Assembly (NCBI GenBank): GCA_964106915.2
Contig: OZ066919.1
DNA: 64,000 nucleotides
Direction: 5' to 3' (one strand)
Source of the DNA: Podarcis gaigeae
Lineage: Eukaryota
Positions 1 to 13,306 of this stretch are shown here, in pieces. Positions within the stretch are counted from its first letter, which is position 1. Every line of letters starts with the position of its first letter. The notes beneath the pieces were generated by a model. It saw only the letters and a list, made by a program, of their open reading frames with translations, did not search any database and had not been told where the DNA came from. Both the position numbers and the translations under genes were made by a program.

Positions 1-605
1 TGGGACCCTTTCCCCTGTGCGACGGCCTTTGATTCTCACTTCAGCCATTGGGCAAGGCTGATTGGATTCCTCCTCTGTTGCACCTGATGTAGTAGGGAGG
101 GCACCATTTTGTGGTTCACTTCAGATCCCCAAATGTCAAGGGCCGGCCCTGAGCAAAATTGATGAAGTAGTTAATCTAGTTTTCTCTCTGGGGGCACATG
201 CACTTTTGGGTATCTTTGCCCCACCTGTATCAGTGATATCCATTTTTCTTGCTCATTGGCAAACAGAACCCGAACCCCAGCAAAGCAGCAGTGGGGTGTA
301 ATGGAGCAGCCGAACCATACCCACAGCCCTCTTGCTCATTCCAGCCAGGTTAGCTGGTGGTGGGAGCAGGGAAATCATTCTGCCAACCTGGACTCGGAGC
401 AGCAATCAAGCCCAAAGTATCTCAGCTCCTGCCCCAACCCCCCCTGCGTTGGAGCTTTTTGCTAGCCACCTCTGCCAGGGATCCCGCTAGCAGTAGGTCT
501 GCCTGCTTACACATTCAGTGGGTGGAACAGGGAACTCTGCACCAACTGGCATCACTCTATAGGCTGAGACCACCAGGGCTGGATGGAAGGACACACCTAC
601 CCAAT

Positions 606-606
<1 letters not shown>

Positions 607-648
<42 letters not shown>
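607..648. repeat. (CA)n microsatellite
   Basis: About 21 perfect CA units. Confidence 0.98.
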
Positions 649-649
<1 letters not shown>

Positions 650-768
650 CATGGTGCAAAGGGGCTTTTGGATTGCAGCCTATGTTTAGGGACTGAGAGG
701 AGCCATTAAGTTAAAGTAAACATATCTTGTGTTACTAGTGAAAGAACCCACTAGCTTGTTTCCTCTCA

Positions 769-804
<36 letters not shown>
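769..804. repeat. (GTCT)n microsatellite
   Basis: 9 tetranucleotide units. Confidence 0.97.
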
Positions 805-805
<1 letters not shown>

Positions 806-2052
806 ACCACTTTCTAAATTCTTAATTTTTCTTAACCTGGCCATTTCTCTTCTAGACTTTTCTTCTAGGCCATAGCTGAGGGCCAAAACTTCTTGAGGCC
901 TGAAATTTCAGTCCTTTGAAAGGAAATATCCCTCAGGCATTAGGAATGGCAGAGAAACTGCTACAAAGTCAAGAGTTTTTAGCTGGATCAGAAGCATATT
1001 AGGGGTTGAAGGAATCCATGCCATGGCTTGGAGACATCTGGTGCAGGAGAAGTGTTTTTGTTGAAGTCTGTCTGCCTCCACTATGCTCTGCTTATGTATT
1101 TATAAACGAACATTGCATGGACATTGAACCCTTCAATCCTGCACTTAATACAGGAGCCTGATGAGTTCTCACTTCTGGGGCAGTGGAGAGCGTAACACGG
1201 TGAAGGAAGTTACCAATACAAACATAAGAGGAATAAAGATTAGAATACTTCAATATTACTATCTTTATGCAGCACAGAAAAATGGCACGATGTGGCAGAG
1301 ATGAAGCACGTATCCACTGGGGGCAGGGAGGTAGGAATTAATGCAAGCCTTGACAAGCCACAAGGCCAGGTGAGACAGGAGGTGGGACCACGAGGTGTGC
1401 AGATGTTCCAGGATATGAGGTGCTGGTAGGTGGTCTTAGAACTATTGTTTGTTTGCACCATAAAAGTCAGGCTGGCCTTAAGTAGTTTGGAGCTCTAGGC
1501 ATGGGGTTAATTTTCCATCCAGCAGAGAGATACCAGCTTTAAGATGCTGATTGGAGAGGCGCTTTGAGGGAAAGACCAGCCAGAACTGTAAATAATTAGG
1601 GATGTCAGATTCAAATGGTGCAATGAAACAAAAAGCAGTCAGAAAGCATAATTCATTTAACCTCTTAAAAGATCTGCATCTATTAATATTTCAATTTGTG
1701 ATCTCAGGGCAAAGCAGTTGCTATATTACCAATGACAAGGGGGCTCGTGCAAAATGTTATTTTTCTTTATGCACATTTTCCAGAAGAACAGATTGAGGAC
1801 ACAGGGTCAGTTAAGTAGACCTGAGGTTGCAGAACAGGGCTGAATGGAAGCACAACATATGGGGGAAAGTGGTTCCCTGTTGCTAATGCGCACAGGAGTG
1901 TTAAACTGCCAAACGAAGGTGAGAATATATTCAGTAGGGTAAGGAAAAGCAAACAAAAGTGCTACATGGAAAATGGATAATGTTCCATTTTAGAGGAGCT
2001 AGAGAAGAGTGCATTTTTTAAAGAGTCACAACCACCTCATAGGTAATTTAAT

Positions 2053-2058
2053 TTTATT
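2053..2058 (-). terminator. Candidate distal polyadenylation signal AATAAA
   Basis: Sense strand reads ...aaatgcAATAAAattaaattacctatgaggtggttgtgactc, with a GU-rich downstream element and upstream TGTA motifs. Confidence 0.5.
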
Positions 2059-5000
2059 GCATTTTATAATGCCATTGTCATACAGATTACATGCAGCTAG
2101 ATCTACTGTACAAGGGTTTACCGTCTGCCAGAGCAGACACACAGAAGTCCAGAGTACAAATACACAGCAATGCTATTTCCTTTATACAGGGTGGAAATAT
2201 GGCAGTGTGATGCAGTAGGAGGAGGATGGATCAAAGGTTTACAGACATCCTTCCCCCTCCCCAGTAACCTTTCCCTTCACACTGACTTGCCACCTGCTAA
2301 AAGGATGATCACATCAAACCAACAAATGTGAGGAAGGAAAAACCCACAATATTAAAGGTCACTGCATGTCTTGCCCCTTTCTTGCACCTTCCTGGGTACC
2401 AGGAAAAGGAAAAGACAACAGAGTGCTGACATGCCACAGTTCCCTACCCTCCCACTGTATGTTGGGTACTAGGATGAGGGAGAACAGATCCACTTGCAAT
2501 AGAGAAGATCTAAGAAGGAGGAGCCCCTGGAGGCAAAATTAAATATTACAAATTAGCAAATCAGGTCATTTCAGGAGACATGTTAACCTCCCCATTTCCA
2601 TTCAATGAGATCAGTGACCCCTTGGCTCATGCCAAACTGCTAAGCTGATACGGTTTGAAAGTCACTAGTCATTGTTTCCTGGGTGATTTTTCTGCCACCT
2701 GAGATTCAGTGAGAGATTTGGAAGACAAGAATGCCAAGTGGTGAAAAGCTCAGAGAAGCTGAGCCTCAACTCTTTGGGAAGGTTAACAGGAAAGCTGCTC
2801 CGAATAGCAAATGGTTAAAGTGAACAACAGGCCAATGGGGCACCAGTATTTCATTCCTACAGAAGAACAGCCCCATTGCAATGAGCAATAAGAAGACTCC
2901 CATTTGACAAATCCTTCAGCACTTTGGAATAGTCTAAATTTGAAGAAGGAAAAAACTAAAACAAAACCTCTGCAAATTATGCAGAGTGGCCACATTTATG
3001 TGGAGTCAAACACTTGAAAATCTACAGAATGGATAAACAGAACAGGCTCTTGTGGGTTTTTCTGAGTGGGATTTTTGTATCTCTCCCCTTGAAATATACC
3101 TATTAAAGATTATGTAAACATACAAAACTGAAACACACACACCTTTGGTTTAATAAAATGTGTTTTGCTTCTGTTCTTACTTCTCCCAACTTTGAGGAAC
3201 TGAGAAGGAAAGGGAAATGATTACATCAGTATCCCAATTTCTTTTAAGCAACGGGTTCTCTCTTCCCACCCTCACCATTTCTACAACCTAATTTTCAGAA
3301 AGAAAACAAACCAAAGACAGCATAAAGAACTGGAACAGCATCCAAGTCAAGTCAAAGAGAGATACAAGAATGGCTTCCTAAATTCCAGAATAAGGGGGGG
3401 AAAACCTTCCTAAAATATTCCCTGCATTAGTTTCATCACAGGATAGTTAAATAGACAACAATAAACTAATTTTAGTAGGTTTTTAACCAGCATATATATC
3501 AATATATACAGATACTATCCTGCCACAAGTTGGGTTTGGTCTTTCCCACACTACCCCTTTAAAAGCCATTTTGAGGTAACAACAAAAACCATAAAACACA
3601 CAAGTACTATACGTAGTTTGAATGAAACAGAGTTTTGTGAAAAGTTATTTGTGCAAAAAACAGATGTACCTAATGCAGTTAAACTTGGGGAAAGTTAAGT
3701 GCCAAGATATTTCCCGCTTAAGAGAAGAGAACCCTCCAAGTCTCATGCCAGCCATACTTACTTTTCATGAACGGAGGATGAGGACTAAAGGACACTGAAC
3801 AAAGTTACAAGAGCTTAAAGCCACAAAAAGAAACTCTGTGGTAAACTATTCTTCCAAAATGACTTATGGAACAACAGTAAATGGGCACATTTGATGAGGT
3901 GAAAGAAATTGCATGGATGCCTTAACTATTAAGAGAAGATCCCATAGATTCATTTTCTGTTGGTACATATATTGCATTTACATATGGGTGCTGATGTTTT
4001 TAATATGGCATTACGGGAATTATTCAATTTTGAGCAGAAGACCAAAAAAAATAAAATAAAAAAAATCAGATGTTTAACCTGCAGCCAGAAAACTTTTTGC
4101 AACAGCGGAATAGAAAGAACACCTTACAGATGAAATCGCAGCACTGGAATACATTTTGTACAATTCTGGGCAGAGAATTCAGTCAGTCATCATTACTTTT
4201 GATTTTGCTGGGAAGGCCAGAAGGAACAATATGGATTTCCCAAGCTTATTCTAAACACATTTATATTAATCTAAGACAAACAATATCTCAACAGTATTTG
4301 GATTTGCTCTTTCTCTAGGAATGCTTGATCATTAACTTTTTCTGAATTTAAACCAGTGTAACGAAACACACTGACTTCAATAACAAGGGCTGCGCAGATC
4401 TAACCATTTGTCAAGCAGTTGCTCACATCCTAACAACTATGCTCATTGTTGTCCATCAATGAAGAGCTGGTGTTGCCAGGCTGAAACCCTTTTCAAAGGA
4501 ATTCTCACAGAAAGGTAAACATTAGAGGAATGGGGAAATCCCCCTGTAACCCAGGAAAACACAGTAAGAAGACACTCAAAGCCATGACCTGGGCATAAGA
4601 AAGGATCCTGGTCAGGTAGCTTGAGTCAGATTTAAATGAAAGGCAGCATCAAAAGAAAATTATGCCAACTGAAGCCATAGTAGTTCAATCAAGCAGTTCA
4701 AAAAACAGGAGCAAGTTTCACACTTCAAGCTGTTGGAGGGCAAACAGACTACAAATTGAATAGCTGTAGCGAACAGCATGGATTCAGTGATACTGAACTA
4801 TAGTCTTTCTTCAGTGTCCTGTTATTAATCAAGCACCTGTAAAGATTCTTAAAGTTGTGTCTAGAAAGAGCAGGGATAGGGAAGATCCTGATCAGTTGCC
4901 CAGTAAAGTCAGTGGGAATCCTGTTATTGATATGAATGCATTTAGGACTTGCTGTTTTGCAAGTAATAATCTTTTCAGCTTTATACACAGGCAAGCCCAT

Positions 5001-8000
5001 GAGTCATGGGGAAACTCTATTATAATGGCACTCCTTTATGTGTATAAAAGATGAGGCAGAATCTTAAAGCAACCAAACATCAGAACCACTCTAGTTTTGT
5101 GGTACATTTCTTTCATTGGGACAGTGCGTTACCACTGAAAATTAGAAAGCTGTAGAAGCAATCAATGTGAAATTAATATATTGGTTCAAATAGCTTTTGC
5201 CGGGGAAGTCAGAAACACAAGAAAAAATGAACCAAGCCAAGAGAGGATGGTTTTGACTTGAGCCATGGAAATTGAAACAATTGCAGGGCACAGAAGTTTG
5301 GAGGACTGAGAGAATGATACCCCTGACACCCCAAACCTCCTCTTTAATTATCCAGCTCACATGTACACTGGCTCCCTTCAGGACCAGGGGTGGATTTGAA
5401 AATCCAAAGAGATTTAAAACTATGCCACTTGCCTAGTGACCAATATGCATACACCCCGCACACTGACAATTCTGATGCAAAATCCTGGTTGTAACATACA
5501 AAGCAGTGACGTTTGGACAGCACATCCAATGTATTAAAGCTAGTGGGTTGCAACATAGCAGGGGGTGGGGGTGGGGAGTGCCCTTCTGGCATTTGGAGGG
5601 GTAGGAATCACTGTTTGAGAAACTAAATAAGATAATAACACAGATAAACACACACAAATTCCTTCCATAATTAGTAGTAATATAGTATAGTTCTCACAGG
5701 GATAAAGGAATCTGTGTCTGAGATAGACTACTTCATGTGTCTGAATGCTCCTTCATTGGGGGGGGGGGATCTGCCCATATAGACAACCAGATGTCAAGGA
5801 GAACCTTTCTTTCCAACAACTAGTTTTCTATGTGCATGGAAATGCTGCATTCTCATGATCTCCTGTCCTACCTGCATTCTGAAGTGGTGCAACTCCAGAC
5901 ACAGATTTATTGCTGCAGCGAGAATTAAGATCCAAAGTTACCCTGTGGGATGCACACATTAATATTGTCACATCTAGGCAGGGAGGAGCTATAACTGGCA
6001 GAAATGGCTAGCAGCACATTACAGACTGGAGACGCTCCGTTCTAGGTCAAAAGCCAAATTGTCTTACAAATTATGTACATGCATGCCAGGGTCTCTAGAA
6101 AGGTTGCATCCTCTGTACCTATAAGATAGCAATGGCTCCTGCCTACTTTCACTGGAGTCATAGTAAGTGCCCAATCAGGTATGGATTATGTGGTATGAGT
6201 GGGCAGTGTCCCACCAAGTTAATCAAGATTCTCAGTCAAGACTAGATTCTCTATGACAGTGCAAGCCACTGAGGTTGTTATTGCTGCTCCAGGTCCAGAA
6301 CTTGGGGCCAGTTTTTATATTCATCAGAATCATGGTTAAGCTTTTCCTGGACTGCACCATGAGGATGTGGGTGGGTGGTGGCACTTGTTTGGCTTTATAA
6401 TGGAGGGGAAAATACTGCACAGGGCAAACAACCACCTTTGCCTCCACCTGTGGCCCAAAGCATTCCAGTCCAGGAAGTTTTACCATTTGATTCTACCAAA
6501 AGTATAAACTGGTTGCCATATGCCCAGCACTGCAGCAACAAGTTCAGCCTTAGATGCTCCATTCCTTGCCTCCAGTTGGTTTGAGATAATGGGCATTTAA
6601 TATATTAACTATGACCATCATGCTCCCTTTTCTTGGGCCCCTCCAATAAGTGAGTCAACTTGAACAAACCCAAACAGTGAGGCACAGGTTTTGATTTAAA
6701 CAGAGACAGTTATATTTCTAAAGAGAACCTCTTCCCGCAAGTGAGGATGGTTACAGTTCAGATATTGGCAGTACAGCACCAGGTAACACCACTGTAATAC
6801 TGGCAGAACGCATATACTGGGCACCCCAGGACCAGCTGCAGGTGCCTAACACAAGTTATTGTACCAGGTAGGAGAAAAACAGACTGAGGTCATTGAGGCA
6901 GAAAAGTAGCATCTTTGAAGAGTTCAAATTGATGGAACTTGGTAGGAACTGATGGAGAAAGAATACCAAGGGGTAAGATAAACAACACGGGGGTATAACC
7001 ACTCAGCTCCAGAGTTGTTTTCAAAGCAATCTGACATACTACAGTAGTACATGGATCATGATGGAGTAAGACAAAGATCCAATAAATATCTTATTGCAAA
7101 GTTGATCTACACATTAAATAGAATAAGGTGGCAGAATTCCAGAAGGAATCATTTCAGACTACAGGAAACTTAAGCAAACCCTCTGTCATGTAAAAATAAT
7201 CATCCAGTTTATATTAAACTAGTACATCAGGGAGAAGACAGAGGGTATAATTCAATGCTGCGCTGTTGTAGATGTTCTGCCTTGACAGATGGAATGATGC
7301 ACTATTCTGGGATTCTTCCAACCCAGTTTTAGAGGCATGGGGAGAGGCAGGAAGCCCTGTTGCACAAGCTGATGGAGTTTGTTAGGTGAATCCCTCCCTA
7401 TGTGTTTAGTCACATTTCCTACATGCAATTTACTACATGCAGGGAGTTAAAAAAACACAAAACATTTTCAATGTATGGGAGCATTAAAAATATGTCCACA
7501 ACAGCCCCACCCCTGCAGTCTGAAATCATGCGGCCCAAAATTCTGCCATCTCACACTATGTGAATGTGTTAATTGACTCAATACCTTGAGTGGCTACAAT
7601 GAATCTGCTGTGAGCTTTTCAAAACACATGCTACTCAGACAATGCCTTCGAGATCTGACAAGGCTCCCAATCATTTTGGATGATGAGGAAAGGGGTTAGG
7701 ACAACAAAACTTTGGAAAGAACGACTGCTGAAAACAAAGAGAAGAATCCCAAACTGCACAAACCACCTCTGATAACAGCTGAAATGAAGGAAGCTATGAT
7801 CTGAAAAGGGGAGTGAGAGAGACAGAAGCAGGTTCAAGAGAGACCCATGGAATGCAAACCCTCTCTAGGCTCAACGGCGTACCCTTATTAAAGCAAATGA
7901 CTAACATAAAGCAGCAATCCATGATTCTGGTCTACCTTCATTAGAAGTGTACAAAACAGCACCTGTAAACTTTGGTTTAAATAATAACTTAAAATCAAAA

Positions 8001-9226
8001 GAAAGTGACAAAAGGGCTAAAGGGGTGCAGGATCTTTGTGAATTTCTTTTTGGCCTATGCCAGTTGGGATAAGTCAGAATAAAAGCACCAAACAAAAATT
8101 AAAACAAAAAAGTGTTTTGGTTTATGCTTCTTGTCTAAGAAAGGTCTTTGGTCAACGGTTAAGCCAATTGTAAAGCATTCTGAAGAGGGCACTAGGGAGG
8201 CATTGAGATATGGTCCCAAGGAGGAAGTGAGGTGTGGTGTGTTTCTGCTCAAACTAAGGATGGGAACATTTTCCTCAAGCTGCTTCTGGAGTTGAGCTGG
8301 GCCCTGAGGGATGGATAGACAGTCAAAAGGTTCTGAGGTATTTTCAGCTCTTGCAGTCCGTCTTGACTGTATCTGCAGGCTTTGCCAAGCCAGCCACTCA
8401 CTGGCAATGGATAGTTTCTCTGGGAAGGTTATTTAAAGCTTCTTAAATTTGATTCACATCCCTTAAGCAAGATCACCTCCAGCTTACTGCAGCTTAAAGA
8501 TGGCCCCTCTTTCTTCCAATAGGTATACAGTCCACTTCCCATCAAACCAGAGCAACTACCCTCAATTAATCTAGATAATAAACTCCAATTTTGCTCTGCC
8601 GGTTGGAGAAGTCAGGAAGCTGAGTAGGGGGAATTCATGCTCAGTGGAGCCCTGTAGTGTAGACTCCAGGAACCAAGCATTGGTGGTTTTCTGAGTGAGG
8701 ACTGTGGCATCTCTTTATTCTTGCAGCCATGATTCAGGAAGGAAGGAAGGAAAGAAAGAAGGAAGGAAGGGTGGGAAGCTTTTTATATATCTTTACTGCT
8801 TTTCATTTTTGTCTAGGTGTGATACAAATTTGGGTCACTTAAGCGCACTACTCAATATGAAGTTTCAGAAGGAAAGTGTTAGAGAGGAAGTATTGAGTGT
8901 TACATACATGGACAAATACAATCGCTTAGATAAGGCTTACATGGGGTAACATCAATCTCTGTTCTTTGTGACTTGAGGAGCAGGCTTCCCTTCCATCAGC
9001 AAACTTATTTAGAAAAAATAACACAAGGGGGTGGGGAGACTGGCCAAGAAGGTGACTAGAGATCATAGTGCATGGTGTTCCAGAATTTAATAAAAAGATA
9101 TATTGTTCTAGTGTAACCCACCAGAGATCCTTCTAGGAGGTAATTCCACTGGCAAAATTGAGCAAACAGACTCAAATGATTCTGCTAGGTGGTTTTAGAG
9201 CTGTTGCAGAGACTAATCAGAGAGCA

Positions 9227-9238
9227 TTTTTTTTTTTT

Positions 9239-9285
<47 letters not shown>
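9227..9285. repeat. Poly-T followed by (AG)n microsatellite
   Basis: T13 then about 23 AG units. Confidence 0.97.
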
Positions 9286-9288
<3 letters not shown>

Positions 9289-9986
9289 TTGATCTTGGTT
9301 AAGAGGTCTGATCCCAATCACCATTCACCTACAAACGTAAGTTTGGGGTTGTATAGAACTAATGTGTCATTCTGTACACTTAAGAAGAGGTAGAGTGGAG
9401 GCAAAAAGGCACAAGAAGTGCCAGCTGATTTACTGTAACCTTTTAAGCTAAGCTTGGGAATTAAGGAAAAGAAGAAGGAGGGATTGTTATCATGGTCTGC
9501 CAGCTGGTGAAAGGAGACTTTAAGGAAGAATTTTAACACCATTAAAATGCACTGTGCTGGAGATAAATGGCGCAATGGTGCATACAGGCTAAAGAGACAA
9601 CATTTTGAGTAGGTTAGCTCTCTTCCTTACCCAGATGGTATCACCCCTCACTTTACCAGATGGTGCTTTGAACAATGGGGGGGGGGGGGAATTACCTAAT
9701 AATGAAACAAAGAATGGTGCAAAGGAATCCTAAGACAAGTTAATCATGACTATTTTGCTCCAATGTCTTTGGGGGCCTTAGTCTGGGGAGGGCATCCAGC
9801 AAGCTAAGCTACGCTGAACTTCAGTGGTGAAGCATGGCTATGGCAGCTTACTCTTCTAACATAAAGGGTTGCATACAGAACACAATTTCTTGCTGGTTTG
9901 GGAATCATCCAGGTGTGGCCAAGTACCAGCTTGTTTTCCCAAAAGGTGATGATGAAACTCCTGTATCTTGATTAAACCCTTAATGT

Positions 9987-10243
9987 GGGGGTCATCCACA
10001 CTTGCGTTTGTCCCATGATTTCTAGGCACAAAATAGGAATGGGTTCCACAGCTTTTCCCGGGAAAACCCGCTGTTTACTGCTGAATCGGTAAACCCCATC
10101 TATTGGATTTTCTGTAGATAAGCGTTTATTCCAATTCAGCAGTAAACCGGTTTTCCTAGTGAAGGAAGCAGTGGGACAAAAAATAAGAACCTTTTGGACC
10201 CATGACTGGAAATCACAGGGGAAAAGGAAGTGTGGATAAGCCC
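9987..10243. mobile_element. Fold-back MITE-like element
   Basis: Termini ggggtcatccacactt / aagtgtggataagccc are inverted repeats; inner arms gtttactgctgaat / attcagcagtaaac also pair. Confidence 0.75.
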
Positions 10244-12114
10244 TAGGTTACACAGATTTACTGGAGAGTGGACACACATGAGCTTGCTTTAGAGGCTCCT
10301 CAAAAGCCCAGTATCCAACTTCTTTGACCCACTGCATCCCTTGTCCCACAATGGCCAAGACAATTTTTTGGTCACCAAGAGGGAGCTTTTCAGTTGCCCT
10401 CTCATGGAAGTAGAGGGAGAGGAGCCTTTGGAAACCATTATTTTTTTCTGCCGGGAAGAGCTCCTGGAATATCCTCTTGCCTCTCCGTCCTGAAATTCTA
10501 ATTTGAGGCATCAGACAATGAGTTAACATAAAATAAAAAGGCTGTGGGAAGGGTTTTTGGTTAACACTGTTTGTTCACCTGAAAAATGTACTAGATCCTA
10601 CTGTAACGTTTTGGAAACTTTTGTTCCCCCTCCAAAATAGTTGGCATCTAGGAACTAATTGCTAGCATACCAATTGTGTGGTTGGATATATTTCCACTAG
10701 ACAAGCTAAGGTCTAGAAGGAAATGAGTGCTTCATCATAGCGTTGCTGTGTTTGGTCACAAAGGAAAAAGTTTGTTGACCTTACATTTATATTGCTTTGA
10801 GTTTTGCATGGTCAACCGGCTCTTGGTTTTCTACAGCCACATACATTGGCCTGTCCCCACTTCCCCCTCCCCCCACCACAAGTGCTTCAGATTTTGCTGG
10901 CTTTGCTAAGTCAGCTCCACTCGCATACTTGGCCTTCCCATTTACCCACCTCTTCACTCCCACATGAGCAACCAAGAGTCATGCTTTCTGGCCTTATCCC
11001 AGCATGGGTGAAAACGGAAGGGACAGAATGGAAGCTGGGAGCAGCAAGCAAAAGGTTTGTCTTGCAGAAGTTAAAGTCTTTCCCTGAATTCAGTCTCATG
11101 CTGGGCCCCAGCAGCTTGCTGTCCAATCACCTGGCTGTTGGCTTCCGGTAAAATTTTCACAGTATGTGATGGCGCGGAATGGATATTCATCCCTGGGTTT
11201 TGTGGTGAATAAAGCTTTGTGGATTGAAGTCTGGCTGTCAAGCATGACTGGTAAGAAGGCTACTTCTTGAACTTGCAGGGGCACAAACACAGGTTGGAGA
11301 AAGAATAACCGAGTGGTTTTATGTGTGGCAGTGAGAGACCCTTTGGCTGTTTGTTGACCTACAGTGTATTCCTTATACCCAGCTCGGTTTTTTTCCATTT
11401 CTCTCTCATTCAGGAAATGAGCAGAAGCTGGGATAACACCAGGGCCACTGTAGGGTTCTAGTTTCAAACTGCTGTTCCAGTACGTTGAAATGGTGCTAGG
11501 GTGTGTGTGAGTTGTGTATGCATATATGCTAAGTGTGTGCGCGTGAAAAAACATTCCTCCTAGTGCAAAGTTCTCAGTGGGATAAACTGGCAGGTTACTG
11601 GAAATGCTTTCCATGGGAAAGTGGGGGACATTCACAGAAGCCCATGGCTTGGATGCTGCCCCCTGCTGGACTGGATGCTTCCAAAATCTTGATTTGTGGA
11701 AACAATATGGCATATGAGCTGAAAATGACAAAACACAGAGCAGACAATACGAGACACCTTCTTTTTATCCCCATGAGAATGGGGTGATGGAGCAGGGGAA
11801 GGCAACAAAGAAGTCTTCGGACAGAACCAACCTACCATCCTCGTTTATCAGTTATAAAATAATAAAAAAGTTAAAGAAAAAGCTCAACTCTGGTTTTTGT
11901 TTCTTTGCACATCCCCCTCTGTGAATGTCTGTTAAGAGTCACTGGGATGTAAGGAAGGGAAAGAAGTGTGTGCCTTCAGCAATGGGTAGACCCAAGGAAA
12001 CCCTTTTGCTTTGCAGAAGTGCCTTAAACAAGATAACGCTGAAGGTCACCTTGAGGTGGGAGCCATTGCTTTGTCTCTGGGGAAATGCTGGGCCTAGGTG
12101 AGGAGGGAGGGCCC

Positions 12115-12259
12115 TTAAGACAAGTCTTCCACTGGCAGCTCCTCCTCCATGTCTCTGTCATCAGGAATTGTCACATTCTGATTGGTTGTTGCCATGAGAG
12201 AAACAGGTCTGCTGTCATCTTCTGTCTCAGTTGGTTCTTCCTTCACATGGACTTGGTGG
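12115..12259 (-). CDS. FOXP4: FOXP4 last coding exon (acidic tail, VKEE SUMO consensus) to TAA stop
   Basis: ctgcag|CCACCAAGTC...TCTTAA; encodes HQVHVKEEPTETEDDSRPVSLMATTNQNVTIPDDRDMEEELPVEDLS*. Confidence 0.96.
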
Positions 12260-12564
12260 CTGCAGAATGGACAGTTGGAGAAATCAAACAGAATTAGAAC
12301 AAAATTTTACTAGGGAAAATAAGATCATTCAGGAGATTACTAGGAAAAGAAGCAGGGCAGAAACTGAACATTTGGCTGAAAGGACATTAGTCCTGACTTT
12401 TTCAAGATCCCAAATATTCGAGTCTAAACATGTTTCCCTTGGGACAGAAATCTTCGCAGCATTTGGATCAATTACATGGGCTGGGGGCGTTTTATGGCAA
12501 TTATCATTGCAATCTCCAGATTAACTTGATGTTAATGTTTCCCCAGATGAATTTTAATGCTGAT

Positions 12565-12875
12565 TATTTATTTATTATTTGAATATTCATCCAAATATCA
12601 TAGAGTGGTTTACAACATAAAAACACAAAATGCGTAATAAAAACAAACCAATAACCCTCCTCCCACAAACACATTTAAAAGGCCTGGTTATAGAGAAACG
12701 TTTCCACTTGGCACCTCAAGATAGGTAATGAAGGCGCCAGGCGAGCCTCCCTGGGGGAGTGCATTCCACAAATGGGAAGCCACTGCAGAAAATGCCCATT
12801 CTTGTGTTGCCACCCTCCAGACCTCTCATGGGGGAGGCACATGAAGAAGGACCTCAGAGGATGATTACAGGGTCT
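12565..12875 (-). mobile_element. Degraded LINE (L2-like) 3' fragment
   Basis: Resembles squamate L2-type 3' ends as recalled; a related copy lies at about 61320-61700. Confidence 0.55.
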
Positions 12876-12958
12876 GAAAGCCCTTGTCATTACAATCAAT
12901 GATTTGACATTTGAACATTGAATGTGTGGCTCCTATACCCACCCACCCACTCTAGATA

Positions 12959-13160
12959 CAGTTGTACCTCCGCTTACGTATCCCTCCAGTTATGTAAACT
13001 TCGGGATACGTAAGCAGCAAACCCGGAAGTATATTTCCGGGTTTTTGCAGCACTCTTCCGCCACACATGCGTGCACAGAAGTGGTCTTTCCAGTTGTGAA
13101 AACCTTGGGATCTGGCCGGACCTCTGGAACGGATCCCGTCCGCAACCGGAGGTACCACTG
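12959..13160. mobile_element. Tc1/mariner (Tigger/pogo-like) MITE
   Basis: TA|cagttgtacctccg ... cggaggtaccactg|TA: TIRs with TA target duplication. Confidence 0.88.
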
Positions 13161-13170
13161 TAGTTTACTA

Positions 13171-13306
13171 CAGGCATAGGCAAAATCGGCCCTCCAAATG
13201 TTTTGGGACTACAACTCCCATCATCCCTAGCTAACAGGACCAGTGGTCAGGGATGATGGGAGTTGTAGTCCCAAAACATCTGGAGGGCCAAGTTTGCCTA
13301 TGCCTG
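13171..13306. mobile_element. hAT-like 136-bp palindromic MITE
   Basis: caggcataggcaaa...tttgcctatgcctg TIRs; perfect 8-bp TSD GTTTACTA at 13163-13170 and 13307-13314. Confidence 0.93.

Larger units (their letters stand above)
2030..12114 (-). other. FOXP4: Putative long FOXP4 3'UTR (distal end uncertain)
   Basis: Follows the stop codon; U-rich on the sense strand; almost no recognisable transposons, unlike the introns; ends near AATAAA at 2053-2058. Confidence 0.55.

Noticed and set aside
11096-11731. 211-aa minus-strand ORF downstream of the FOXP4 stop
   Set aside because: No recognisable domain; lies in the 3'UTR; length is compatible with chance. The true last exon is 12115-12259.
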